From assembly GCF_009914755.1 (NCBI RefSeq), contig NC_060929.1: a stretch of DNA of 64,000 bases, one strand, 5' to 3'. Positions 13,529 to 26,388 of the stretch are shown here, piece after piece. Below the pieces are notes generated by a model. It made no database searches and was not told where the DNA came from. It saw only the letters and a program-made list of their open reading frames with translations. Positions within the stretch are counted from its first letter, which is position 1. Each line of letters starts with the position of its first letter. The position numbers and the translations under genes were made by a program. The DNA is from the human T2T-CHM13v2.0 reference genome, Homo sapiens.

Positions 13529-15380
13529 CATAAGAGATAATTAAGTTGCAAAGTAATAAGTGCCAATTTAGCAATGGGAACAATGCCAGAGATATAAAAA
13601 GAAGTCTAAGATGGTGCAAGAAGATGAACTTAGAGCTTAGCATCTTCCCTTAACCAATGGTTTAAGACATGCAGAACAAAACATAATGAGTTAGGTTGCA
13701 TATTTGGAGTTGGTTTGATTATAAATACTTTAAGCCTTTTACTCTATTTTTATATTAATGATTATTTAATCAAGGGATTTATTAATAGTATATGTTAAAA
13801 TAAAATGCAATCAGCTTCTATATCTGTTAGTGTATTTAGCAGCTCAAGATATCATTGGGAAATAGGCTGGATGACAAACTTGCTTTCTCCACATGAAGCA
13901 GTCCAAGTGTCTTCTAAGTCTTTATGATCTAAAACCACCAAAGAGAGAGCAGATACTTGAACTTGGGTTGCAGCAGGAACGATTTTTATGTGAATTTCCA
14001 TTTATCCTTTCATAATGGCTTGGACACGAAATTTATTCCACCTACATGTCAAAGTTTTCATTTTCTAACACGAAATCCTACCAGAGCCTCAATGCCAAGC
14101 TGTGTTCTCTCAGCCTTTTCTATCAACACCAGATAACAATTCATCTGACAGTTTTGTGATGAACATGTTATGCAAAATTGGATACATTGCTCTGCTGTCG
14201 CTGCATTATCATCCTTGCAATTCTAACTATTAAATGCTTCTTTCATGGATTAAGGAGGCAATTATGATTAAATGCCTGGGCCACAGCTATGCTTGTGATT
14301 TCTTTCTTTTCATGTAAAAGACTGACTTGATTAGTAAGTTTTAGCAGCCACGATATAATTTACTGTTATCATATAATGCACATTTGCAAGAGAACATATA
14401 TTACTGAATTTGTTGTAGACTAAAATGTTATATTTTCCATTTCCTTAAATTTAATTATCCTCAGCAAGCCACATTTACCCTGATTATATTCTGGTTAAAA
14501 CATCTGCACTTCTGATTGCCCATATACCTCCCTGAATTTTCACTCTGGATACCAAAGAAGGATAATACTCAGTTTAGTCTTTGATGTGGAAGCATTTACA
14601 ATTTTTCTAAATACAGATTGAACAAAGAACTTATTGCTTACCTCCCTATAAAGGCAAGTTAAATCATCTTTTTTTTCCATAATAAGAGTTCTCAAAGGAA
14701 CAGCACAGAGGGTCAATGTGTGGCGACAAATTGGCTGCTATCTTTTTTGGGGGGTACTAGTGGCAGGGTGTTCTCACAACCAAAAAGGCCTTAAGAATGG
14801 AATAACTTAGAAAGACCCACATATTTATAATGGTTTTCTTCCTGAGAAGAAACTTATGGAAAATTATATATTGTATGTAAATATAAGATTCAAAAAAGTC
14901 TGAAAGGTGCTAAGGATAAAAAATGCTTGCCGAGTATGGGTTTAGGCATGAAGATTTGGGCACTATCAAAGCACCAGGCTGTGGAGCTGAGGAACTTGGC
15001 TTCTGAGACTGGAACAAACTCAAAGCTCCCCCAGGACAGAAACCCTCTGATGCCACCAAGTTTACCTCCAAAAGGAAGCCCTGTGATAAGGGACCTTATC
15101 TATCTTGGTCACTGCCAGAAGCGAGAGTTTGCTCAGCTTATTAAAGCAAAAGTTTCAAAATATTAAGTTATTTCTGACTAGTTCATGGATAGCTGCTATT
15201 GTGACTCCTCCAAATGATCTCCTACTGCTCCAGCCCCTTCTTGGTACTAGAAGCTTCAGAGAGGCATCACCTGGCAGAAGGCTCATACCTGGCAGAGAAG
15301 AGCACCTCCAGGATACTGTTTGAGCACCACCACTGTCAGTTCTGACTAATTCTCTAGGGACACTGGTTGTCAAGTATCCT

Positions 15381-15580
15381 GGCTATCACCCTGTACCCAG
15401 TGATCTCAATAACACTCCTGCACCCAGTGTTTTGGATATCACCTCTGCACCCAGCAATCTGGATATCACCCCTGCACCCAGTGTTCTGGATATCACCCCG
15501 GCACCCAGCAATCTGGATATCACCCCTGTACCCAATGTTCTTGATATCATATCTGCATCCAGAGTTCTGGATATTACCAG
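15381..15580. repeat. 27-bp minisatellite, ~7.4 copies (GGATATCACCCCTGCACCCAGYRWTCT)
   Basis: Units start at 15381, 15407, 15434, 15461, 15488, 15515, 15542, 15569; 9-aa periodicity in three ORF-track entries. Confidence 0.95.
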
Positions 15581-15645
15581 TGCATAGAACAGTGTCTGAC
15601 ACATAGTAGCTACTCAGTAAGTTTTTCTAAATAGACTGATGAATA
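15572..15645 (+). mobile_element. L2 3' end
   Basis: ccagtgcatagaacagtgtctgacacatagtagctactcagtaa resembles L2 terminus. Confidence 0.7.
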
Positions 15646-16139
15646 TATAATCTATTTACTTATTTTATATTTTTTACTTACACACTTTGCAGAAGCATTA
15701 CCTATTTGTTAGTTCAACCCTACACAATTGTGTTCAATAACAAAGTATCTAGCCCATTAATTCTGCACTGCTATTATCTCTACTTCCAATGCCATTAATC
15801 AAGACAATATTGAGTAAGCACATACTAAGTGGCAGAAACCCTGGGCCTTGGAAAGACCCTCCAGGAGTGAGCTGGAGATATGTTATATGCTTGGACTTCT
15901 TCCCAAGAGCACAGATGTCATAAATAATTCACAACTAGATGAGAAAAGGAGATGTCAAAGAAATTAAATGACTCATAAGTGTGCTACTATTATTCAGGCT
16001 CAATCTGACCTCTTTTTGACTTTGGTGAGAGGGTCTATTTTTTTGACCATCTAAAAGACATAAAAATAGACACCAATTATATGACAAGTTGCAAAAGCTT
16101 GAGGAGACCTCTGCATAGACATAGAATCCAAACCGAAAA

Positions 16140-16355
16140 TAATTTATACTCATTGCCTACCTACTATGTACCTAGCACTGTGCTGAGCCATATACACACA
16201 GCATTTCAGGTAGTGCCCACCACCATCCTATAAGCAAGTACTAGTCTTCACCCCATTTTACAGATGGGATAACTAAGTTGTGGGGAGGCTAAATAATTTG
16301 TCTAATGGTACACGATTGATAAGTGCCAAAGACAAAATATAAATTCCTGTCTGTC
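16140..16355 (-). mobile_element. MIR
   Basis: tactatgtacctagcactgtgct...ccccattttacagatgggataact. Confidence 0.75.
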
Positions 16356-17344
16356 TACCTTATAAAGATGTAAATTTAGGAGAACCAGCTTCTCTTGAAT
16401 TGCAAATTTTATGCTAGAATATCTAATATTTAAATTAGAGCATTCCTTGAACTTTTGTTGGCCAGTTTAATTTTTCTTTCATCTTATGCACACATTCGTA
16501 TGGTAACATTCTCCAGTATTTTCCTTGCACCCTTTTTTCATCATGCTCTTCTCCCCAATTCCCTCATCCAGAATGGTGTGGCTTCCGTAAGTGACTAAAA
16601 CCCACCCTGGCAAAATGAGCTAGGGTCTGCCCTGCTATAATTCAGACAGATCTGAATTACTTCTTGACCCTCCTCACTTCATCCACCCTGCACCTTGCCT
16701 GCCCTGTCCCCTGGTGCCCTTGACTACTAGTCTGTTTTCTATATATTGTGACTGTATACACACCTTGCCACTGAAGCTTGAGTCATAATCTATTCTATCT
16801 GTATCTCTGAAAATGATCTTTACTTCAACTTTCCTAAAGGATATAGATTTCTCTCTTCTTTGGCTCCAATAATTTGTGCCCAAACTTCAGACCAGTAATT
16901 CCCCAGATGAGCCTGCTGCTACCCTACTTGCGTCTTACTTTTGCAAGCTGTTTCCATTCTTATTAGGCTAATAACTGAAGACAGGATCAAGATATCTTTC
17001 TAACCTATCCAAAATACCTGAAGATTCTGTCACATTCAACAGTAAGTCAATACAGGATTATGTATACATCTTTGTATTCTTCATATTACCCAGTCCAGCC
17101 TTCTGCACTTAATAGGTACATGAATAAGTTAATCAATAAATGAAGGAATAGTTGGTTGTTTGATGAATAGCTGGAGAAGAACTGGCATCGTGCATAGGTA
17201 AAGTAGAATATTATTTCATAGGTACCACTTGTATTTTTTTCTTCCTACACAAAGTGTTTAAGAAATATTTGTTCATTAAGATTATTAGCATTGACCAGTA
17301 ATTGATTTTGAGTCACTTATTTGGCTTACAATATTGTTTACTTA

Positions 17345-17580
17345 TTAGCTACAATGTGTAAGACACCTACTGTACAGCAGCCAATATCTTGAGTACTTTT
17401 ACAATTTTTCATTTTACAGCACAACAAAAGTTGAAGGTAAGTGTTAGTATCCATTTTTTACAGTAAAGGCAGGATAGAAGGTTCAGAGAGGTTAAGTAAT
17501 TTATAGAAGATTTCTTAGGAAATGAATAGGAGTCATGGATCCCATGTCACTCTAATTTCAAATTCTAAATTCTTTTACTC
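17345..17580 (-). mobile_element. MIR
   Basis: ccattttttacag...ggttcagagaggttaagtaattt. Confidence 0.65.
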
Positions 17581-18487
17581 TTTCTGCTATTTTGCACTAC
17601 TTCATTTTAAAAGCGGTCTTATAAAATATCCTTCTAAAATTTTTCAGGTGTTTTTCAGGAGATAAGGAACTAGCACATTGCCTTTCATTAATCCATTACA
17701 GCAGACTAGGTTGCAAGATAATCTAGCTGTTTCCTAGCAGAAGAAAAAGAATGACCTTGAATAAATGGAACCCAGCATCACTATATTTTGATGTGAGAAA
17801 AGGAAGTTGAAAAGATTCAAAGGATAGACATCTTCCCAGATTAACAGGGATGTGAGTTCATAGTTCAGGGTCCTAAGTGACTGAAGAGTAAAATGAGGAG
17901 GCTAAATGCCCAGATGAGACAGTAACAAAAGATAAAAGGAGGAACTAATCAGACAATTGGGTAAGAGGATGATAGTGAGGAATGGGTGCTGAAAACATGC
18001 TTTCCTACTTCACAAATATTTTGAGGAATAATTAAGATTTGTAGGGAGAAAAATGAATTCCCAGCTCTACCTTCTCCCCGTCTCTGGATTTGATTATAGG
18101 GATGAGGCTATTACTACAAAAAACTAAGGGTATGAGAGGATAAGAGAAGTAGAAGAGAATTCCACCCTGAAATAACATCAGCTTTTAAAAGTTACCTAAT
18201 GATGGATGAGGGTATTCAAGTCAAACTACAGATGTACTTTAAAAACTAAAAGCATGCCAAGCTTGATTTAGGGAATAAAGTGGAAGCAACCATCCTTACG
18301 CATCTAAATGCAAAATTATTTGGTGGCTGCTGGTACTTTTAGATATGAGTCAATTTAGTAGATAAAACTTTGTAATAGTAATGGCAGCCAGAGGCAAAAG
18401 TTGGCACCAAGCTATGGATAAATTCTTACTTTAGGTCCATAGATCACTGTAAAGATCCATCTAAGAATGTCCAGTAGGTCTTTAGCT

Positions 18488-19065
18488 TGTAAAAAGTGAA
18501 GTAGAGGTTCCTCTTCAAAGAGACTCCTCCCTGTCCAATTAGGAATAAACAGTAACTTCTCTTAGAAGCAAAATTTATTCAAAGACCTATGCTAACATTC
18601 TTAGATATCTGCTAGCCATAATAGAGAATCAATGTACTTTGTGTTCTTAGCTCCCACATTTTACCCTAAATATTTGCCCTCACATGCTTATACTGGTCCA
18701 AGCAAGCATTAGGTCATAGCCTGTTCCACTTCCTTATTTGAAGGTGTTCTTACCTTTCTCAGCATTCCACAAGTTACTTCCTCCTTCCTTTGTTCTCCTC
18801 TGCCTTTGCCTCTTTTGGAAAGTTCTAAGTTGCTAGCCAATCGGGACAAATACAGAATGTAAGGTCCCGTTCCAGCCAGTGGAAACCGGACACAGCAGTA
18901 GGATGGACGTGTCAGGTTATAAATGACCCTGTCTCCTTTTTTTGTTGTACTCTCCTGGCAAAACTGCTGGTGAGTGTATCCTTTCTGCAGAAAGTAAAGT
19001 AGCCTTACTGAGAGATCCTTTGTCTCAGTGTTAATGTTTGTGACGCTGAGCACCTGTTCCCAACA
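18488..19065 (+). mobile_element. Solo ERV1 LTR, LTR10C-like
   Basis: TG...CA termini, perfect 4-bp TSD AGCT (18484-18487, 19066-19069), CCAAT 18837-18841, TATAAA 18918-18923; subfamily from memory. Confidence 0.85.
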
Positions 19066-19439
19066 AGCTGAAGTACCACAAAATGGAGTTTTTGGCCTCT
19101 CTCCACTTAAAGAATACACTTTTAAGGTTGAACGTTTGTCTTAGGTTGTTAGAAAAGCTTAAACATGCAATTTTATCTGATATGAACTTAGGAATGTGCC
19201 CAAGAGTGCTTTCAGGAAGACATTTTTCCATTTTTATCGAAATCTTGCTTTTCTTTTTTATTGATTAGTCTCTTGAACTATGTCTATGCATTAATACAAG
19301 TCCTTTTCATTGTAGGTAAAGGTAGCCACTCAAACCAGCTAAAACCAGATGCCCTCTGAATCCCTTTGACTATTTCTGTGTGTCTTTGTGCTTGTTTCCT
19401 TGTGCTATTGCTTCCTGTGGCCTCATCAGGGACTTTTAT

Positions 19440-19728
19440 TTCTAAGACTTCCCTCAGGCTACTGAGCTATGCACACAGGGAACTGGAAGTGCCTGAGAGT
19501 TTGCATTCCCCCAGGGTGGTTTTAAAACAATGATTGATGGTGAAAGACAATGAAAGTCCAGTGTTCTGGCCTCAGGTCAGGAGAGCTCTGATGTTGAAGA
19601 AATTGTCCAGGGACTTTGCCTGAAATCACACCTTACTCTTCTGTCTGTAATGCTTCCTCTATTTAATAAATCACTTGCACATGAATCCTCATTGCAGAGT
19701 TAACCTCTAGGGAACCTGACCTAAGATA
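19440..19728 (+). mobile_element. LTR16-like (ERVL) fragment
   Basis: ggaactggaagtgcctgagagttt...taataaatcacttgcacatgaatcctc...gggaacctgacctaaga. Confidence 0.7.
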
Positions 19729-20884
19729 CCACCTCACATTAAAAAAAAGGCTGGAGTCATTTTGGTGAGGCTACTACAAGAGGCAATGACAGAGAAACAG
19801 CACAGCATACTCTTGGAAACCGGAACTCAAAAGCACTTAGGTCCTAGTGCCTCTCTTCCAACCATTCACAATCCTTCCCCTCTTCTCTTCTGCTAGGAAA
19901 TATGACACATTAACCAGCAGACACAGCTACCATTTTGGCATGGTTTTCAAACATTTTTGGCCCGTAGTAATACCACAACCCAACATTCCCTCACACATGC
20001 ACCTACACATAAAACATATAAACATAAAACAAATATTTGTGAAATAATACTTGCTCTCCCTACCTGTGATAAACTCCATTTTCACTGTTTTCTGTTATAA
20101 TTGAGTCTATTTCATTTTTTAAAAATGCTAGCAGCAATGAACTAAATTGATTTCACGGCCTGTTCATTGGTTATAACCAGTACCTTGGGACATTAACGGT
20201 TTGCATCTAAACGCTAATATTACTAGAAGAATTGTCCCAATAAGTCACTATCATCCACGATCACCTTGTTGTGCAGCAGCTCATTATTCATGCCACAAAT
20301 GTGTTTAGGGCATCTGCTCTATGCAGAACATTTTTGCTGGAAGCCAAAAGGATACAAACATAAGAAGGCATCAAACCTCACCTTTAAAAGCTCACTATTA
20401 GGAGCCATAGTCGCAAGCCAAAGAAGCCCATTTCAGCTGATTCATATCATATGAGATATATATTATATATAGTATATAGTGATCAATATGACTGTATATA
20501 GTTTTATAATTAGAGAGATATAGTAGATGTTGATGATAGAGAGAGAGTCATTTTCCCAGGACTACCGAGAGAGAGAGAACAAGGTAGAGAGTTGCACAGC
20601 CATAATCACAGTCATCATTGAACCCCAGAAGTGGAACTTTGCGGCCTCTGCTGAGCCCTCCAAGCTACAGCATATATGGCCAGCACTCCCAGCCCACCCT
20701 GGACCCCAGTCACTATCACTGACATCACTGCCATTGCTGCCTTAGAAAAGTCTATGTGGCAGCCACAGTAGACCTTCCCCAGTCCTAGATGGAGTACCCT
20801 ATCATCACATCTCTGTAGCACCAGCTCTTGAATATAAATCTGAAGTGATTGTATCCGACTGTTTAAACCTGAGCCATGGGCCTT

Positions 20885-21092
20885 TGCGTGGTGACTAAGA
20901 GTTTAGACTCTGGGGTGAGATTCCTTGGCTTCAAATCTTGGCTTTCCAATTACTTGCTGTGTGATCATAAAAATGTTACTTTCTCTCTCTGTACTTCAGT
21001 TTCCTCAAATGTATCAATTAGATAGTAGTAGTACCTACTTCACAGGGTTGTTTAAGGATTAAATGAGTTACTACTTGTAAAGTGCTTAGAAT
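20885..21092 (+). mobile_element. MIR, with its tail displaced to ~31550 by the MER50 insertion
   Basis: ctgtacttcagtttcctcaaatgta...cacagggttgtttaaggattaaatgagtta...aaagtgcttaga. Confidence 0.85.
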
Positions 21093-21495
21093 CAACTGTT
21101 AGGGGTTGTGACAAATATCTGAATTACTGGCAGCAAATCCATATGGGTATGCAGCAACCTTAATTCTTGCCTCCTCAGAAGAAAGAACTCGACTGAGGGG
21201 CATGAGGCAGATAAAGAGACAGAGGCAAATTTCAGAGCAGGGATGGAAGTTAATTAAAATGCTTTAGAGCAGGAAAGAAAGGAAAGTTTCTGCCCGCTTG
21301 GAAGAGACCCAAATGGGCACCGTGGAGATCCAATGTGGCATTTGACCTTTTGACTTGGGGTTTTATATGTTGGCATACTTTCGGGGTCTTGTGTCCCTTT
21401 TCCCATGATTCTTTCCTTAGGGTGGGCTTCCCGCATGCATGGTGTCCTTGCACTTTGGAGGTGAGCATGCACAGTGTGTTTAAGAAGTCATATGC

Positions 21496-24186
21496 TAGAC
21501 CAATAACATGTTCTGAAATTGAGGCAGTAATTAATAGCCTACCAACCAAAAAAAGCCCAGGACCAGATGGATTCACAGCCGAATTCTACCAGAGGTACAA
21601 AGAATAGCTGGTACCGTTCTTTCTGAAACTATTCCAAACAATAGAAAAAGAGGGACTCCTCCCTAACTTATTTTATGAGGCCAGCATCATCCTGATACCA
21701 AAACCTGGCAGACACACAACAAAAAAAGAAAATTTCAGGCCAATATCCCTGCTGAACACCAATGCAAAAATCCTCAATAAAATACTGACAAACCACATCC
21801 AGCAGCACATCAAAAAGCTTATCCACCACAATCAAGTCAGCTTCATCCCTGGGATGCAAGTCTTATTCAACACACAGAAATCAATAAACGTAATCCATCA
21901 CATAAACAGAACCAATGATAAAACCACCTGATTATCTCCATAGATGCAGAAAAGGCCTTCGATAAAATCCAGCACTCCTTCATGCTAAAAACTTTCAATA
22001 AACTAAGTACTGATGGAACATATCTCAAAATAATAAGAGCTATTTATGACAAACCCACAGCCAATATCGTACTGAATGGGCAAAAGCTGGAAGCATTCCC
22101 TTTGAAAACCGGCACAAGACAGGGATGCCCTCTCTCACCACTCCTATTCAACATTGTATTGGAAGTTCTGGCCAGGGCAATCAGGCAACAAAAAGAAATA
22201 AAAGGTATTCAGTTAGGAAAAGAGGAAGTCAAATTGTCTCTGTTTGCAGATGACATGACTGTATATTTAGAAAACCCCATCATCTCAGCCCCAAAACTCC
22301 TTAGCTCATAAACAACTTAGGCAAAGTCTCAAGATACAAAATCAATATGCAAAAATCACAGGCATTCCTAGACACCAATAATAGACCAATAGAGAGCCAA
22401 ATCATGAGTGAACTGCCATTCACGATTGCTACAAAATAATAAAATACCTAGGAATACAACTTACAAGGCATGTGAAGGACCTCTTCAAGGAGAACTACAA
22501 ACCACTGCTCAAGGAAATAAGAGAGGACACAAACAAACAGAAAACATTCCATGCTCATGAATAGGAAGAATCAATACTGTGAAAATGGCCATACTGCCCA
22601 AAATAATTTATAGATTCAATGCTATCCCCATCAAACTACCACTGACTTTCCTCACAGAATTAGAAAAAACTACTTTAAATTTTATATGAAACCAGAAAAG
22701 CACCCGTATAGCCAAGGCAATCCTAGGCAAAAAGAACAATGCTGAAGGCATCATGCTACCTGACTTCAAACTAACTATACTACATGGCTACAGTAACCAA
22801 AACAGCATGGTACTGGTAGCAAGACAGATACATAGACCAATGGAACACAACAGAGGCCTCAGAAATAACACCACACATCTACAACCATCTGATTTTTGAC
22901 AAACCTGACAAAAACAGGCAATGGGGAAAGGATTCCCTATTTAATAAATGGTGTTGGGAAAACTGGCTAGCCATATGCAGAAAGATGAAACTAGACCCCT
23001 TCCTTATACCTTATACAAACATTAACTCAAGATGGATTAAAGACTTAAATGTAAAACCTAAAACCATAAAAGCCCTAGAAGAAAACCTACGCAATTCCAT
23101 TCAGGACATAGGCATGGGCAAAGACTTCGTGACTAAAACACCAAAAGCAATGGCAACAAAAGCCAAAATTGACAAATGCAATCTAATTGAACTAAAGAGC
23201 TTCTGCACAGAAAACAAAACAAAACAAAACAAAACAAAACTATCATCAGAGTGAACAGGCAACCTAAAGAATGGAAGAAAAGTTTTATAGGCCCCTCATC
23301 TGACAAAGAACTAATATCCAGAATCTACAGGGACTTAAAACAAATTGACAAGAAAAAAACAGACAACCTCATCAAAAAGTGGGTGAAGGATACGAACGGA
23401 CACTTCTCAAAAGAAGACATTTATGCTGCCAAAAAACATATGAGAAAAAGATCACTGGTGATTAGAGAAATGCAAATCAAAACCACAGTGAGATACCATC
23501 TCATGCCAGTTAGAATGGCAATCATTAGCAAGTCAGGAAACAACAGATGCTGGAGAGGATGTGCATAAATAACTCTTTTACACTATTGCTGGGAGTGTAA
23601 ATTAGTTCAACCATTGTGGAAGACAGCATGGCGATTCCTCAAGGATCTAGAACCAGAAATACCATTTGACCCAGTAATCCTATTACTGGGTATATACCCA
23701 AATGATTATAAATCATTCTAGTATAAAAATACCTGCACATGTATGTTTATTGCAGCACTATTAACAACAGCAAAGACTTGGAATCAACCCAAATGCCCAT
23801 CAATGATAGACTGGATAAAGAAAATGTGGCACATATACACCATGGAATACTATGCAGCCATAAAAAAGGATGAGTTCATATCTTTACAGGGACATGGATG
23901 AAGCTGGAAACCATAATTCTCAGCAAACTAACCCAAGAACAGAAAACCAAACACCACATGTTCTCACTTATAAGGGGGAGCTGAACAATGAGAACACATG
24001 GACACGGGGAAGGGAACATCACACACCGGGGCCTGTCAGGGGTTGAGGGACTAGGAGAGGGATAACATTAGGAGAAATAACTAATGTAGATGACAGGTTG
24101 ATGGGTGCAGCAAACCACCATGGCATGTGTATACCCATGTAACAAACCTGCACATTCTGCACATGTATCCCAGAACTTGAAGAGAG

Positions 24187-24246
<60 letters not shown>

Positions 24247-24316
24247 CTGAACTGTCCATTATGTAGTAAAAGAACTGAATTAATTAATAAAAAGAATACC
24301 CCCCCCCCCACACACA
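21496..24316 (+). mobile_element. 5'-truncated L1PA7/8-like element with (GAAA)n tail and 3' extension
   Basis: ORF2 RT motifs [18 protein letters not shown] and LFADDM; perfect 14-bp TSD AAGAAGTCATATGC (21482-21495, 24317-24330). Confidence 0.97.
24188..24244 (+). repeat. (GAAA)n microsatellite derived from L1 poly(A)
   Basis: About 14 perfect tetranucleotide units. Confidence 0.97.
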
Positions 24317-24595
24317 AAGAAGTCATATGCATGCTCATATGAAGTTTTCTTCCCTTTTGCAGTGGAATACCCTTGGAAGGTCATACTCCATCATTTTTTC
24401 TCTTAATGTGCATGCCTGAGCCTACTCACCCAATTCCTGAGATTTTACTGGAAGCTGATTACCAATTTCAAGTGTTTTATCTGTTTGGAAAATTGCCTTT
24501 CCCTGGTGCCTGCAATCAATTATCACTTTAGTGTGACAACTTTGGACCATCAGGAAATTGTGTCTCCCTGGTGCTGGCTGTCAATTATCATTTTT

Positions 24596-24768
24596 ATTTT
24601 TTTATTCCTTTATTTATTATGTTTTAATTTTACTTTAAAGTTTTAGGATACATGTGTAGAACCTGCAAATTTGTTACATATGTATACGTGTGTCATGGTG
24701 GTTTGCTGCACCTATCAGTCCATCATCTAGGTTTTAAGCCCTGCATGCATTAGCTATTTGTCTTAATG
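24596..24768 (-). mobile_element. L1PA8-like 3' terminal fragment with degraded poly(A)
   Basis: T-rich tail, then ggatacatgtgtagaacctgc...catcatctaggttttaagccctgcatgcattagctattt. Confidence 0.9.
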
Positions 24769-25494
24769 AAACCTGCCTCATTGTCTGAGGTGTCAGCCGA
24801 AGTTCTTAGTCTTGCAGCCAAGGAAATCAAGGACACAGACACTCCAAAGATGAGGTTAGAGCAGAAGTTTAATAAGCAAAAGGAAGAAAAATCTCTGAAG
24901 CAGTGAGGGGTCCCAGAAAGATGGGTTGCCATTTTACAGTGAAATGTAAGGGTTTTTATAGACAAGCTGGTGTGGAGGGGTGCTTCATTTACATAAGGCA
25001 TGAATTTCTGAATCCCCACCCCACCCTTTCTAGTGCTTATATGGGCTTCTTAGCCTGAGTTACTCCATGTTCCTTATCTCTTCCTACTGCACATTTATAA
25101 AAAAGGCGGGGCAGAACACTACAAAGTGGATGTGCCTGGTTCAAGGTAGCTCTTCTAATTGGTACTGCTGAAAGCAGTTCCCACTGTGTGAGCCATCTTG
25201 TCTGAACATGTCCAAGAAAGGAGAGGGCTGTGCTTACTGGGGCCCACTGTATGTTTGTACATCACACAGGAGGCCCCTTTCTGTGTTAGATGTGTTAGAG
25301 CTTTCCTTCCTTATCTGTGTTTGCAGCCTGATCTCTTAGGTTGCTCTTTGCTGAAAGAGAAATGACCTCTTGGGCTGCTTTTTGTCAGAAGACAGACGCT
25401 TTTTGTTAGAAGGGAATTCTACCAAGGACCCTTGCCCTAACTATCTGCCTAGTTGATCTACCTCTCCTCTCTCCTCTCTCTCTCTCTTCTCACA
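24767..25494 (-). mobile_element. 3' LTR of the provirus (MER61/LTR9-like, HUERS-P3 group)
   Basis: On minus strand it begins TG right after polypurine tract gagggaggaa (25495-25504) and ends ggtttCA; family from memory. Confidence 0.8.
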
Positions 25495-25509
25495 TTCCTC
25501 CCTCAGGAG

Positions 25510-26030
25510 TGGAGACCCTAACAGTTGTTAGAGGGTTTAAGCAACAACTTGTCTAGCTACTTCCTGCTGGAGATGGTCGTTGAGTGGGGAAACAGCAGCT
25601 AGCGTTCCTCCTGAAGTCGATCTAGAGGTCCTCAGGAGAATAGTGGTCCTGCCAAAGACAGGAGCCATGATCTCCAATTCAGCCATTTAGACCAAGAGCC
25701 CCCCATGACTCTGACAGTTGTCATATCTCAGAGGCCTGATCAGCTAATTTTTGGGTGGCATCCCTTACTCTCCCTGATTAGTTGACATAGAAACAGCATT
25801 CTTCCTCTCAAACAAGGTGTAGGTCACACTTTTCAGCAGTTAAGAGGTCTAGTCCCCTCATATTTTGTAGAGCAACTGCTGCCAAGGAGTCTATTTGATT
25901 TTGTATAGTATCAATGGTTCGGGCAATGTCCTTTAAACTTTTTGTAAAGTCTTTGGACAAGCCTTCATAGTAGGACAGAGAGGTTGCTAGTCCTTCAGCC
26001 CTGGTCCCTACACTTGCTATGATTCCCAGC
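25510..26030 (-). pseudogene. env: ERV env remnant (TM subunit)
   Basis: Heptad and immunosuppressive domain IQNQIDSLAAVALQNMRGLDLLTAEK in ORF 25808-26059; stop follows. Confidence 0.92.
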
Positions 26031-26388
26031 TGATATGGTTTGGCTGTGTCCCCATTCAAATCTCAACTTGAATTGTATCCCCCAGAATTCCCACATCTTG
26101 TGGGAGGGACCCGGAGGGAGGTAGGTAATTGAATAATGGGGGTCAGTCTTTCCTGTGCTATTCTCATGACAGTGAATAAGTCTCACTAGATCTGATGGGT
26201 TTATCAGGGGTTTCCACTTTTGCTTCTTCCTCATTTTTCTCTTGCTGCCATGAGGTAAGAAGTACATTTCACCCCCTGCCATGATTCTGAGGCCTCACCA
26301 GCCATGTGGAACTGTAAGTCCAATTAAACCGCTTTTTCTTCCCAGTCTCAGGTATGTCTTTACCAGCAGTGTGAAACAGACTAATACA
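26031..26388 (+). mobile_element. THE1A-like solo LTR (MaLR)
   Basis: tgatatggtttggctgtgtcccc...gactaataca; flanks ccagc/attgg do not match. Confidence 0.92.

Noticed and set aside
15354-15606. RGD-repeat protein or CRISPR-like array at the 27-bp repeat
   Set aside because: Units are contiguous with no unique spacers and no cas genes; the ORFs are a by-product of a stop-free tandem repeat, with no promoter or splice evidence.
18709-19119. 136-aa minus-strand ORF
   Set aside because: Mostly antisense LTR sequence with a non-ATG start; chance ORF.
25808-26059. Syncytin-like domesticated env
   Set aside because: Only part of TM remains. SU is deleted, the start codon comes from the THE1A LTR, the CX6CC region is degenerate and a stop follows the ISD.
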